Below are positions 1 to 9,870 of a DNA stretch of 64,000 bases, piece by piece (the first letter of the stretch is position 1; every line of letters begins with the position of its first letter). The stretch is from Candidatus Binatia bacterium. GTDB lineage: Bacteria; Desulfobacterota; Binatia; Bin18. The notes beneath the pieces are model-generated. The model did no database searches. It saw only the letters and a list, made by a program, of their open reading frames with translations, and was not told the origin of the DNA. The translations under genes and the position numbers were made by a program. Location of the stretch: contig OY761159.2 in NCBI GenBank assembly GCA_963664395.2, forward strand, positions 1,440,001 through 1,504,000, given 5' to 3'.

Positions 1-71
1 GAGCAAACACCCACATCAATAATATGCTCCACCCTCCTGGCGGGCGTACGTGAAACTGTCACTTGGGGTCG

Positions 72-99
72 TTGACACCTTGTCGGGCCTCTGTATCTT
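72..99 (+). promoter_or_regulatory. Possible sigma70-type promoter for the nuo operon
   Basis: TTGACA at 72-77, 16-bp spacer, TATCTT at 94-99, upstream of the nuoA ATG at 156. Confidence 0.3.
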
Positions 100-155
100 G
101 TGCATCCTGTGCCGAGGACGTTCAGTTGCATCTGCTATAGTGAGAATGCCTTTCT

Positions 156-509
156 ATGGATCAATACGTTCCCGTCCTTATTGCGCTGATCCTGGGTGGG
201 GTCGTGGCCTTGGTCATGACCTTTGCGAGCACTCTGCTCGGCGTCAAAACACACTCAGCGGTCAAGGATGAAGCGTTCGAGTGCGGTAATCCATCCAGTG
301 GTTCTGCGCGGGGACGTTTTTCCGTTAAATTCTATCTCGCAGCTATCCTCTTCATCGTCTTTGATGTAGAAGTAGTCTTCCTCTATCCGTGGGCTGTCGT
401 CTTCCGCCAATTAGGATTGTTTGGATTCATGGCCATGCTGCTCTTCGTTCTGGTTCTGGTTGTGGGTTTGGTCTATGAGGTGAAAAAGGGGGGGCTGGAA
501 TCTACCTGA
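156..509 (+). CDS. nuoA: NADH-quinone oxidoreductase subunit A
   Basis: Three TM helices, FECG loop, RFSVKFYLAAILFIVFDVEVVFLYPWA signature. Confidence 0.97.
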   Translation: MDQYVPVLIALILGGVVALVMTFASTLLGVKTHSAVKDEAFECGNPSSGSARGRFSVKFYLAAILFIVFDVEVVFLYPWAVVFRQLGLFGFMAMLLFVLVLVVGLVYEVKKGGLEST

Positions 510-526
510 CCAGCACGTAAGAAGAG

Positions 527-1036
527 ATGGCCGAAGCAGACATTCTCTCTCAGATCGAAACGGCATTCCCCGGCACGATACAAGCGCATCACTCCTCGCA
601 TGGGAATGATACGATTGTCATTGACCGGGCAGACGTGCCGAACGTGTTGGGTCAACTCAAGGAGAACCCGGATTTTGCCTTCAACCTGCTGCTCGACATC
701 ACTGGGGTAGACTTTTTCGGGCAAGAGCCGCGCTTTGAGGTTGTCTACCACCTCTATTCACTGGTTCATAATCATCGCCTGCGGGTAAAGGTTCGACTCC
801 CGGAGGAGAGTGCCCACGTTCCATCGGCTTCTTCGGTGTGGCAGTCCGCGAATTGGCTTGAGCGCGAAGTCTGGGACATGTTCGGAATTACGTTTACGGA
901 CCATCCCGACCTGCGGCGCATCCTGATGTATGAAGAATTCCGCGGCCATCCGCTCCGCAAGGACTATCCGGTCAATAAACGTCAACCCCTGGTCGAAGAA
1001 CGCGACCCCATTACCAACCCATGGCATAAAGGGTAA
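527..1036 (+). CDS. nuoC: NADH-quinone oxidoreductase subunit C
   Basis: RFEVVYHLYSL and ANWLEREVWDMFGITF..HPDLRRILM...GHPLRKDYP motifs. Confidence 0.97.
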   Translation: MAEADILSQIETAFPGTIQAHHSSHGNDTIVIDRADVPNVLGQLKENPDFAFNLLLDITGVDFFGQEPRFEVVYHLYSLVHNHRLRVKVRLPEESAHVPSASSVWQSANWLEREVWDMFGITFTDHPDLRRILMYEEFRGHPLRKDYPVNKRQPLVEERDPITNPWHKG

Positions 1037-1042
1037 CAACCT

Positions 1043-2245
1043 ATGGCGGAAGCCGCTGCCCACGCTGAACACGACCCAACCTCTGAAATCATGGAGCTGC
1101 AGATGGGTCCGTCCCATCCGGCAACCCACGGGACAATCAAATTCAACCTCACCCTCGACGGAGAAAAAATACTCAACTGCGATGTCGAGATTGGCTATCT
1201 GCATCGCGGCTTCGAGAAGATGTGTGAGCAACGCACCTGGAATCACTGTATACCGTACACGGATCGCCTGAATTACTCCTCTCCGCTCATCAATAATGTG
1301 GCATTTGCCTTAACTGCCGAACAACTGCTCGGCGTTGAGGTCCCGGAACGCTGTCAATATATCCGGGTCATCATGAGTGAGATCTCCCGGATTACCGACC
1401 ATCTGACGTGTTTGGGCATGTCGGCCGCAGAAGCGGGTGCGATTTCCGTGGGGTTCTATCTTATGGAGTCACGGGAAACGCTGTACGATTTGATCTCAGC
1501 AGTGACGGGCGCACGTCTGACAGTCAGCTATGCCCGGGTCGGCGGCGTGACACACGACCTGCCGAATGACTTTGCCGCTCAAGTGCGGGCTGCGTTCGCT
1601 GACGTGCGTCGCCTCCTCGGTGACTGTGACAAGCTGCTGTCTAAAAATCGCATATTCATTGACCGCATGTCCGGGGTTGGAGCTATTTCGCAGGAAGAGG
1701 CGATTTCATACAGTCTCACCGGTCCTCTGCTGCGGGCCACCGGCGTCCCGTACGATGTCCGCAAGGCGCAGCCATATTCAGGCTACGAGCGTTTTGACTT
1801 TGACATCCCGACAGGCACTCAGGGTGACAATTACGACCGCTTTGCCGTGCGCCTTGAGGAAATCACCCAGAGCATGGCTATTATTGAGCAGGCGCTGAAC
1901 GGTATTCCGAGTGGCCCGATCCGCATTGACGATCCCAATATTACGCTGCCTGAAAAAAACCAGGTATACGGCAATATCGAGGGCCTCATGAACCATTTCA
2001 AGTTGGTCATTGAGGGCGTGAAAATTCCACGGGGAGAGGCGTTTCTGAGTGTTGAAGGCGCAAACGGTGAACTCGGCTTTTATCTGGTGAGTGATGGCAG
2101 CGGGCGTCCGTATCGAGTCCGGGTCCGGCCGCCCTGTTTTTTCGGGATGGCGGCCCTTGGCGAGATGTTACGGGGCTGTCAGATCTCCGATATTATTACG
2201 ACTTTTGGCATGATCAATATGATTGGCGGGGAGTGTGACCGATAA
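1043..2245 (+). CDS. nuoD: NADH-quinone oxidoreductase subunit D
   Basis: MGPSHPATHG, IGYLHRGFEK, DRLNY, C-terminal GECDR. Confidence 0.97.
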   Translation: MAEAAAHAEHDPTSEIMELQMGPSHPATHGTIKFNLTLDGEKILNCDVEIGYLHRGFEKMCEQRTWNHCIPYTDRLNYSSPLINNVAFALTAEQLLGVEVPERCQYIRVIMSEISRITDHLTCLGMSAAEAGAISVGFYLMESRETLYDLISAVTGARLTVSYARVGGVTHDLPNDFAAQVRAAFADVRRLLGDCDKLLSKNRIFIDRMSGVGAISQEEAISYSLTGPLLRATGVPYDVRKAQPYSGYERFDFDIPTGTQGDNYDRFAVRLEEITQSMAIIEQALNGIPSGPIRIDDPNITLPEKNQVYGNIEGLMNHFKLVIEGVKIPRGEAFLSVEGANGELGFYLVSDGSGRPYRVRVRPPCFFGMAALGEMLRGCQISDIITTFGMINMIGGECDR

Positions 2246-2249
2246 GGCG

Positions 2250-2300
2250 AGAGCGTCCAGAGCGCTCAAAGCGTCCAGGGCGTCCAGGGCGTTCAGAGCG
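2250..2300. repeat. Degenerate 9-bp tandem repeat, about 5.7 units, between nuoD and nuoE
   Basis: agagcgtcc agagcgctc aaagcgtcc agggcgtcc agggcgttc agagcg. Confidence 0.85.
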
Positions 2301-2316
2301 CAGCAGGATTGGTAAC

Positions 2317-2811
2317 ATGGCTGTCCAATTTTCAGAGGAAACGCAGCAACAGTTTGAAGAGGTGCTGACTCGCTATCCGACAAAGCAGGCCGCCATCCTG
2401 CCGACCCTCTGGTTGGCCCAAACAGAGTTCGGCTATCTGAGCCCCGAGGCCATGGAATATATTGCCGGCCTGCTTGACCTGTCTCCAGCCCATGTGGGTG
2501 GTGTCGCGACCTTTTACACCATGTTCTACATGGAGCCGATGGGGAAATGTCATGTGCAGGTCTGCACCAATCTGTCCTGCACCCTGGTTGGCGCTGAAAA
2601 AATTGTCCACTGTCTGGAAGAAAAGCTCGGCGTCAAAGTCGGTCAGACCACCAGCGATACGGTGTTTTCATTGAGTGAGGTTGAATGTCTGGGTTCGTGT
2701 GGCACAGCGCCGGTTGTCCAGGTCAACGACGACTATCACGAGAACCAGACCCCGGAGAGTATGCTCAGCCTTATCGATGAATTGGCAAAACAGGCCCAGT
2801 CGAGACTATGA
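2317..2811 (+). CDS. nuoE: NADH-quinone oxidoreductase subunit E ([2Fe-2S])
   Basis: VATFYTMF, VCTNLSC and VECLGSC..AP cysteine motifs. Confidence 0.96.
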   Translation: MAVQFSEETQQQFEEVLTRYPTKQAAILPTLWLAQTEFGYLSPEAMEYIAGLLDLSPAHVGGVATFYTMFYMEPMGKCHVQVCTNLSCTLVGAEKIVHCLEEKLGVKVGQTTSDTVFSLSEVECLGSCGTAPVVQVNDDYHENQTPESMLSLIDELAKQAQSRL

Positions 2812-3899
2812 TTGATTTCATCATCACTTTTACCCTTACCCTTCTGATGATCCTGATGGTGCTCAATCTCGGCGGGCTGCTGTTGTGGGTTGAGCGTAAA
2901 GGGAGCGCGCTCCTGCAGGATCGTATTGGAGCCAATCGAGCGGCCATCTTTGGCAAGCTTCCCTTTAATCTCGGCATCGTAAACACCTTGGTTGCCGACC
3001 CAATAAAGCTGTTTACAAAAGAGGACTTTATTCCTCTGGGGGCCGACAAGCTGCTGCATACGCTTGCCCCAGCCATTAGCTTGGTCCCCTTATTAGTCAC
3101 CTTTATTGTTATCCCATTCGGCGATGTGCTTATTGTTGGCGGACGGGAAATCACGCTCCAGGCCGCAAACCTGAATGTCGGTATTTTGTATGTCCTGGCT
3201 ATGGTCTCACTCAGTGTGTACGGGGTTGTCCTCGGGGGCTGGGCCTCCAATAACCGCTGGGCCATCCTGGGCGGGATTCGCGGCTCCGCCCAGATGATCT
3301 CGTATGAGATTCCCTTGGGGTTGGCGCTCATCGGCGTGGTCCTGACCTTTGGCTCGCTGGATTTACAAGAGATTACGCGCGCCCAGGGTGCTCTGATTGG
3401 CGGCTGGATTCCAGCCTGGGGCATTGTGTATCAGCCGGTCGCTTTTCTGATCTTCTTGGCCGCCGGGATAGCCGAGAGTAAACGGATTCCCTTTGATCTC
3501 CCCGAAGCGGAGTCCGAGTTGATAGCCGGCTACTTCACAGAGTATTCCGGCTCCAAGCAAGCCATGTTCATGCTGGGGGACTTTGTTGAAGTCATTATCG
3601 TCGCCGGGCTGATTACCACCCTCTTCTTCGGCGGTTGGCAAGTACCGTTTCTCCTGCGCGACGGATTCCACTTTCCGTGGGGAGGGACACTCGGCCTGCC
3701 CTCACTTCTGGTGACGCTGCTTCAGGTGGGGTCGTTTACGATCAAGGTGCTCTTCTTTTGCTGGTTCCAAATCATGATTCGCTGGACCCTGCCCCGCTTC
3801 CGCTATGACCAGCTCATAGGCCTGGGCTGGAAAATTCTCCTGCCGCTTGCGCTGGCCAACGTTATGCTGACGGCGCTGATTATTTTACTCTTCGAGTAG
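2808..3899 (+). CDS. nuoH: NADH-quinone oxidoreductase subunit H
   Basis: ERK...QDRIG, AQMISYE, RIPFDLPEAESELIAGYFTEYSG, RWTLPRFRYDQL; ATGA overlap with nuoE. Confidence 0.97.
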   Translation: MIDFIITFTLTLLMILMVLNLGGLLLWVERKGSALLQDRIGANRAAIFGKLPFNLGIVNTLVADPIKLFTKEDFIPLGADKLLHTLAPAISLVPLLVTFIVIPFGDVLIVGGREITLQAANLNVGILYVLAMVSLSVYGVVLGGWASNNRWAILGGIRGSAQMISYEIPLGLALIGVVLTFGSLDLQEITRAQGALIGGWIPAWGIVYQPVAFLIFLAAGIAESKRIPFDLPEAESELIAGYFTEYSGSKQAMFMLGDFVEVIIVAGLITTLFFGGWQVPFLLRDGFHFPWGGTLGLPSLLVTLLQVGSFTIKVLFFCWFQIMIRWTLPRFRYDQLIGLGWKILLPLALANVMLTALIILLFE

Positions 3900-3904
3900 A
3901 CACT

Positions 3905-4396
3905 ATGGATTTCGTGACATTCTTTGCCCTTGCCATTCCGTTGGTCGTTATCGCGGTCATGGTCATCGCCCATCCCAGTCCGGTCTATAGTGCCCTCTTC
4001 CTGGTCCTGACCCTCTTTCTTTTGGCGGTCTACTTTCTGTTTCTGGATGCCCATGTGGTCGCCGCGTTACAGATCATTGTCTATGCCGGGGCCATCATGG
4101 TCCTGTTCTTATTTGTGATCATGCTGCTCAATTTGCAGAGCGACACCCAGCGTTCACAGCAACGAGGCTTGGGCAGAGCGGCGATTATTGGCGGCGTCAT
4201 TCTGGTCGCAGAACTTGGCCTGCTGCTGCAACGCTCCTCGTCCGGGCAGGCCGAGAGGGCCGAGCTGCCCGAGAATTTCGGTACCGTCGAAGCCCTGGGC
4301 AGTCAGCTATTTACCACGTATTTGTTGCCCTTTGAAATCACCGGGATACTCCTTTTAGTCGCGGTTGTTGGAGCGGTGGTCTTAGCAAAACGATAG
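3905..4396 (+). CDS. nuoJ: NADH-quinone oxidoreductase subunit J
   Basis: QIIVYAGAIMVLFLFVIMLL and YLLPFE motifs. Confidence 0.96.
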   Translation: MDFVTFFALAIPLVVIAVMVIAHPSPVYSALFLVLTLFLLAVYFLFLDAHVVAALQIIVYAGAIMVLFLFVIMLLNLQSDTQRSQQRGLGRAAIIGGVILVAELGLLLQRSSSGQAERAELPENFGTVEALGSQLFTTYLLPFEITGILLLVAVVGAVVLAKR

Positions 4397-4414
4397 AGAG
4401 CGAAATAGCGAGCT

Positions 4415-4717
4415 ATGGTCCCAATAAGTTACCATCTGATTCTCAGCGCCATCCTGTTCACCATCGGTGTGACTGGCGTGCTCTTGCGACGCAATATCAT
4501 CATCATTTTCATGGCGATTGAACTTATGCTCAATGCCGTCAATCTGTCTTTTGTTGCCTTGGCCCGGCATTTCGGAAATATGGACGGACAAATCATTGTC
4601 TTCTTTGTCATGTCTGTTGCGGCGGCAGAAGTTGCTGTTGGGCTGGCCATTATCCTGCTCGTTTTCCGCGGCAAGGAGACCGTCAATGCGGACGAATTCA
4701 ACCTGATGCGCTGGTAA
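4415..4717 (+). CDS. nuoK: NADH-quinone oxidoreductase subunit K
   Basis: [10 protein letters not shown] and [12 protein letters not shown] motifs. Confidence 0.97.
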   Translation: MVPISYHLILSAILFTIGVTGVLLRRNIIIIFMAIELMLNAVNLSFVALARHFGNMDGQIIVFFVMSVAAAEVAVGLAIILLVFRGKETVNADEFNLMRW

Positions 4718-4748
4718 ACGACCGAACCCAAAAACATATTCTCTGCAC

Positions 4749-4790
4749 TCACTGGGAATTCACTGGGAATTCACTGGGAACTCACTAGAT
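4749..4790. repeat. 11-bp tandem repeat (TCACTGGGAAT), three units plus a degenerate partial fourth, between nuoK and nuoL
   Basis: tcactgggaat tcactgggaat tcactgggaac tcactagat. Confidence 0.9.
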
Positions 4791-4803
4791 TGATGCTGTA
4801 ACT

Positions 4804-6696
4804 ATGGAACATCCGCACGCGGCTGAAGTTGCCGTTCAGACAGTCTCGTATCTCCGCTATATCGTTCTCTTTCCCCTGCTGGGGGTGGTGTTCAACCTCT
4901 TCCTGGGCCCCCGATATGGCAGACAGGTCGTGAACTGGGTGTCGCCCGGCATGATCTTCCTGGCCTTCTGTTTTGCGTTTGCGGCCTTTGTCCAACTGCC
5001 GGACGGCGGCGCACTGGTCGATAGTGTCTACCCCTGGATTTACTCAGGGGCGCTGCACGTTGATATTGCGCTCCGGGTTGATCCCCTGTCCGGCACAATG
5101 ATCATGGTCATCACCGGCGTCGGCTTTCTCATCCATGTCTATTCCGTTGGCTATATGGCCCACGACGACGACGTGGTGCGCTACTTTGCCTATCTCAACC
5201 TCTTCACCACCGCCATGCTGCTGCTGGTGCTGGGCGATAATATCCTGCTGCTCTTTGTGGGCTGGGAAGGCGTTGGCCTGTGCTCCTATTTACTCATTGG
5301 CTTTTGGTACACAGACGATGAAAAAGCCAGTGCCGGGAAAAAAGCCTTTATCGTCAACCGGATTGGTGATGCCGGTTTTCTACTGGGTCTGTTCCTCTTA
5401 TTTTGGAGCCTGGCTGCACACGACGTGTGGACGGTGTCGTTCAGCGAAATCGAAGCCCACGCCGCAGTGCTGCCAGTTGCGACTGTCACCATCATCTGCC
5501 TGCTCTTCTTTGTTGGCGCGGCTGGCAAGTCTGCCCAAATTCCGCTCTATGTGTGGCTGCCGGACGCCATGGCCGGCCCCACGCCGGTGAGTGCCCTCAT
5601 CCATGCCGCCACCATGGTGACGGCCGGCATCTATCTGATTGCGCGGCTGCATTTCCTGTATTCAATGTCCCAAACAGCATTAGCCGTTGTTGCCGTGGTC
5701 GGAGCCGCCACGGCCCTGTTTGCCGCCACGATTGCCCTGGTGCAAACCGATATCAAAAAGGTCCTGGCTTACTCAACGGTCAGTCAGTTGGGCTATATGT
5801 TTCTTGGGCTTGGGGTCGGCGCGTATGCGGCGGGGGTGTTTCATGTGATGACCCATGCGTTCTTCAAAGCCCTCCTTTTTCTCGGCGCCGGCAGTGTCAT
5901 CCACGGCATGAGCGAAGAGCAGGACATCCGTAAAATGGGCGGGCTTAAAAGTCGGATGCCCACCACCTATGGGACGTTTGCCATTGGCTGTCTGGCGATC
6001 GCCGGTTTTCCATTTCTGTCCGGCTTTTTCAGTAAAGATCTCATCCTGGAACACGCGTTTGGGAGTCCGCATGGCTCTCCCCTGTTGTGGCTGATGGGGA
6101 CCATCGGAGCAGGCTTGACCGCCTTCTATATGTTCCGCTTATTCTTTGTCACGTTTTGGGGAGAGAACCGTTCTGACCCTGAGGTCGCCCGCCATATTCA
6201 TGAATCGCCCCAAGTCATGACCATGCCCCTGGTGGTTCTCGCCATCCTGTCTTTGATAGGCGGCTATTTTACTGTGCCCGAACTGCTCAGTCCGCTGTAC
6301 GGCCATGCGCATCCCCAGGTGTCGCCACTCGTGAAATATCTGCCAACACTGCTTGGGCTTGGAGGTATTGGGCTGGCGTATCGGCTGTATGTGCAAGACC
6401 CCGGTATGGCCGACCGCCTCAGCCGGCAGTTCTCCGGCCTGCATCGGTTGCTGCTGAATAAATATTATATTGATGAATTCTACGAAGCGGCGATTGTCCG
6501 GCCTCTTCTGGCCGCCTCGGAGTGGCTGTGGAAGGTGTGGGATACGATCGTCATTGACGGCCTGGTCAACGGCACGGCGCAGGTGATGCAGGCCAACGGC
6601 TCGGTCCTGCGCCTGTGGCAAACCGGCAATGTCCAGACCTACGCCCTGTCGTTCTGTTGCGGCGCGATCGTGATTCTGGGGTATTATCTGTGGTAA
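4804..6696 (+). CDS. nuoL: NADH-quinone oxidoreductase subunit L
   Basis: GWEGVGLCSYLLIGFWY, GKSAQIPLYVWLPDAMAGPTPVSALIHAATMVTAG, THAFFKALLFL. Confidence 0.97.
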   Translation: MEHPHAAEVAVQTVSYLRYIVLFPLLGVVFNLFLGPRYGRQVVNWVSPGMIFLAFCFAFAAFVQLPDGGALVDSVYPWIYSGALHVDIALRVDPLSGTMIMVITGVGFLIHVYSVGYMAHDDDVVRYFAYLNLFTTAMLLLVLGDNILLLFVGWEGVGLCSYLLIGFWYTDDEKASAGKKAFIVNRIGDAGFLLGLFLLFWSLAAHDVWTVSFSEIEAHAAVLPVATVTIICLLFFVGAAGKSAQIPLYVWLPDAMAGPTPVSALIHAATMVTAGIYLIARLHFLYSMSQTALAVVAVVGAATALFAATIALVQTDIKKVLAYSTVSQLGYMFLGLGVGAYAAGVFHVMTHAFFKALLFLGAGSVIHGMSEEQDIRKMGGLKSRMPTTYGTFAIGCLAIAGFPFLSGFFSKDLILEHAFGSPHGSPLLWLMGTIGAGLTAFYMFRLFFVTFWGENRSDPEVARHIHESPQVMTMPLVVLAILSLIGGYFTVPELLSPLYGHAHPQVSPLVKYLPTLLGLGGIGLAYRLYVQDPGMADRLSRQFSGLHRLLLNKYYIDEFYEAAIVRPLLAASEWLWKVWDTIVIDGLVNGTAQVMQANGSVLRLWQTGNVQTYALSFCCGAIVILGYYLW

Positions 6697-8249
6697 GCCT
6701 GATCGTTTTCATTCCGCTGCTGACGGCGTTCTTCCTGTTGACCCTCAACAAGGATGCGGTGGAGTTGGCCCGTCGGACCGCCTTTGGCGCTTCGCTGCTC
6801 ACCTTCTTCATCTCGCTCGGCCTGTTCACCGGCTTTGATAGTGAGACCGCCGCGTTTCAATTCGTGGAGCGCTATTCCTGGATCAGCGACTTTGGGATCG
6901 AATACTACGTTGGCGTCGATGGCATCAGCCTGTTCCTCGTCCTGCTGACGACGTTTCTTTCGCCGCTGGTCATTCTGTCCACCTGGAGCAGTGTCGAGCG
7001 GCGGGTCAGAGAGTATCTCTTTTTCTTTCTCATCCTTGAGACCGGCATGATCGGGACGTTTGTCGCGGTTGATGTCTTTCTCTTTTACGTCTTCTGGGAA
7101 GTCATGCTCATTCCCATGTATTTTCTGATCGGCGTCTGGGGTGGTGAACGCCGCATCTATGCCGCCCTCAAATTCCTGCTGTATACCATGGTCGGCAGTC
7201 TCTTGATGCTGGTGGCCATCCTGTATTTGGCGTATTTGCACACTGCCCAACACGGGACCATCACTTTTGACCTGCTGCGCTTGTATAGCCTTGATATTCC
7301 AGTCAACGCCCAAATGTGGCTGTTCGCCGCGTTTGCTTTGTCCTTTGCCATTAAAGTTCCGCTCTTCCCCTTTCATACCTGGCTCCCGGATGCGCACGTT
7401 GAAGCCCCAACCGGGGGGTCTGTCATCCTGGCCGGCGTGCTCCTCAAAATGGGCACCTATGGCTTTCTGCGCTTTGCCCTGCCCCTCTTCCCCGATGCCG
7501 CTCATGCGGCAGTCCCGCTCATCATGACACTCTCAGTGATCGGCATCGTGTATGGTGCGCTGGTCGCCCTGGTGCAGCCGGACATGAAAAAGCTGATTGC
7601 CTACTCGTCCGTCAGCCACCTCGGCTTTATCATGCTCGGGCTGTTTGCGTTCAACATACAGGGCGCTGAAGGCGCGCTGTATCAGATGCTCGGTCATGGC
7701 TTATCAACCGGTGCGCTCTTCCTGTTAGTCGGTGTGGTGTATGAACGCCGTCATACTCGCCTCATCAGTGAGTACGGCGGGTTGTGGAAACAACTGCCGC
7801 TGTTTGCCTCAGTCTTTCTGATTGCCATGCTGTCGTCGATCGGTCTGCCGGGCTTGAACGGATTTGTCGGAGAGTTCCTCATCCTCTTGGGGACCTTTCA
7901 GGCAAACCCGCTCGCTGGTGCGATCGCGGTTTCGGGCATTGTCCTGGGTGCAGTCTATATGCTGCGCATGTATCAGCGTGTTATCTTCGGACCGCTGACG
8001 AACCCGGAGAACGCCAAGCTCGCCGACCTGTCACGGCGTGAGCTGGCCATATTTGTTCCGTTGATCGCCTTGATGCTGCTGATGGGCCTCTACCCCAAGC
8101 CGTTCCTCAGCCGTATGGAGAAGTCAGTGGAAGCCACCTTGGCCCGGATTAACAAAACCTACGAAGAGGCACCGAATACGCATGCTGTGGCACAGACAAA
8201 ACTACGCCTTACCTTTGCTTCTCCGTCTGAAGCCGCAACGCCTGAGTAG
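6690..8249 (+). CDS. nuoM: NADH-quinone oxidoreductase subunit M
   Basis: FYVFWEVMLIPMY, KVPLFPFHTWLPDAHVEAPTGGSVILAGVLLKMG; start placed at GTG 6690 overlapping the nuoL stop, because the ORF-track extension lies inside nuoL. Confidence 0.95.
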   Translation: MVSLIVFIPLLTAFFLLTLNKDAVELARRTAFGASLLTFFISLGLFTGFDSETAAFQFVERYSWISDFGIEYYVGVDGISLFLVLLTTFLSPLVILSTWSSVERRVREYLFFFLILETGMIGTFVAVDVFLFYVFWEVMLIPMYFLIGVWGGERRIYAALKFLLYTMVGSLLMLVAILYLAYLHTAQHGTITFDLLRLYSLDIPVNAQMWLFAAFALSFAIKVPLFPFHTWLPDAHVEAPTGGSVILAGVLLKMGTYGFLRFALPLFPDAAHAAVPLIMTLSVIGIVYGALVALVQPDMKKLIAYSSVSHLGFIMLGLFAFNIQGAEGALYQMLGHGLSTGALFLLVGVVYERRHTRLISEYGGLWKQLPLFASVFLIAMLSSIGLPGLNGFVGEFLILLGTFQANPLAGAIAVSGIVLGAVYMLRMYQRVIFGPLTNPENAKLADLSRRELAIFVPLIALMLLMGLYPKPFLSRMEKSVEATLARINKTYEEAPNTHAVAQTKLRLTFASPSEAATPE

Positions 8250-8269
8250 TACGCGCGAGTGAGTTGAGT

Positions 8270-9730
8270 ATGGATGTCACACTACCTGCCATTAATTGGC
8301 TCTCGATCCTGCCGACCCTGCTCCTTTCCGCGACAGGCATGCTGGCCTTGTTCTGGGATATCTGGATCAAAGACGAGGAGCGATCTTTACTCGGCTGGCT
8401 GAGCCTGACCGGCATCGTCCTCACTGCGCTGTGTTCCTTTCTGTTGTGGGGCCAGAGTGACGGTACGTCTTTCAGCGGCATGTTCGCCCTCGATGGGTAT
8501 GCCTTGTTCTTTAATATTGTCTTTTGCTTCGTCGCGGGTCTGACGGTGTTGATGTCTTTGACCTATCTCGAAACCGCAGAGATTCGGCACGGAGAGTACT
8601 ACGCCCTCATTCTTTTTGCCACGGTTGGCATGGTGGTCATGGCGGCTGCCACCGACCTCATTCTGATCTTTCTGGGTCTGGAAACCATGTCGATTGCCGT
8701 GTACGTCCTGGCTGGGATCTGGCGGCAACATCTCACCTCGCATGAAGCCGCACTCAAATATTTTCTCCTCGGCGCGTTTGCGAGTGGATTCCTGCTGTAT
8801 GGCATTGCCCTGATTTATGGAGCGACGGGCAGTGTGCAGCTTGGAGCCATTGCCGAACACGTCGGCGCCCACGGCTCTTCGCCCTTACTGTTGATCGGCA
8901 TTGGTCTCTTAATCGTCGGCTTTGGTTTTAAGGTTGCGGCTGTCCCGTTCCACGTCTGGGCCCCGGATGTGTATCAAGGCGCACCAACAACCGTCACCGC
9001 CTTTATGGCTGTGGGTGTCAAAGCCGCCGCCTTTGCCGCCTTTGCCCGTGTGTTCCTGCACACGTTGGGTGCGGTCCATGCAGATTGGCAAGGCATTCTG
9101 TGGGTCGTGGCAGCACTCACCATGACTGTGGGGAACATCACAGCGCTTGTCCAGCCCAACATCAAACGCATGCTGGCCTATTCAAGCATTGCCCATGCGG
9201 GCTATCTCCTGGTGGCCATGGTCGCGGGCAAGGACTTGGGCGGCGCGGCCCTCATGTATTACCTGGTGGCCTATGGGCTGATGAATCTGGGCGCATTTGG
9301 GGTGATGATCGCGGTTGGGCGTAAGGGTGAGCCAAACGAAGAGCTGGACGATTATGCCGGCCTCGGTTTTCGCCATCCGGCCTTGGGCATGGCCATGACC
9401 GTGTTCATGCTCTCTCTTACGGGCGTCCCTCCACTGGTTGGATTCACCGGCAAGTTCTATATCTTCAGTGCGGCGGTGCAGGCCGGATATATCTGGCTGG
9501 CTGTGATCGGCGTGCTGAATAGCGCGGTATCAGCCTATTACTACATTCGCGTCGTAGTCAATATGTATATGCGCGAGGGCGACGCTACTGTCGGACTGAG
9601 CGAATTCCCCTCACTCCGCTCCTCCTTAGGAGCCGCCATCCTGATAGCCGCCATCGGCACAGTGCTCATGGGTATCTTCCCGTCCGCGTCAATGTCTTTG
9701 GCCAGAGAGTCGTTTTTGTCGTTGGGATAA
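8270..9730 (+). CDS. nuoN: NADH-quinone oxidoreductase subunit N
   Basis: EAALKYFLLG, FKVAAVPFHVWAPDVYQGAPT, KRMLAYSSIAHAGY; start at ATG 8270 or TTG 8264. Confidence 0.96.
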   Translation: MDVTLPAINWLSILPTLLLSATGMLALFWDIWIKDEERSLLGWLSLTGIVLTALCSFLLWGQSDGTSFSGMFALDGYALFFNIVFCFVAGLTVLMSLTYLETAEIRHGEYYALILFATVGMVVMAAATDLILIFLGLETMSIAVYVLAGIWRQHLTSHEAALKYFLLGAFASGFLLYGIALIYGATGSVQLGAIAEHVGAHGSSPLLLIGIGLLIVGFGFKVAAVPFHVWAPDVYQGAPTTVTAFMAVGVKAAAFAAFARVFLHTLGAVHADWQGILWVVAALTMTVGNITALVQPNIKRMLAYSSIAHAGYLLVAMVAGKDLGGAALMYYLVAYGLMNLGAFGVMIAVGRKGEPNEELDDYAGLGFRHPALGMAMTVFMLSLTGVPPLVGFTGKFYIFSAAVQAGYIWLAVIGVLNSAVSAYYYIRVVVNMYMREGDATVGLSEFPSLRSSLGAAILIAAIGTVLMGIFPSASMSLARESFLSLG

Positions 9731-9870
9731 TCGGTCAAGCCTCAACCGAAATCTGCTTTGGTGTCTGAACCACTTACAGCTCCGCGCCCGCTTCCGTTTC
9801 GCCGCTTTTTGTCGGCTTGCAACGACTTTGGCCATTTGCGTGCAGTCGGGGAAGTGGTATACGAGCCAGG

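Noticed and set aside
4749-4790. Short repeats (also 2250-2300 and 44017-44045) as mini-CRISPR arrays
   Set aside because: Units are 9-11 bp, head to tail, with no spacers.
6615-6689. N-terminal extensions given by the ORF track (nuoM, AGCS symporter, helicase, ABC ATPase, bisC-like gene, HigA and others)
   Set aside because: They overlap neighbouring genes or lack family similarity; downstream starts match family N-termini.
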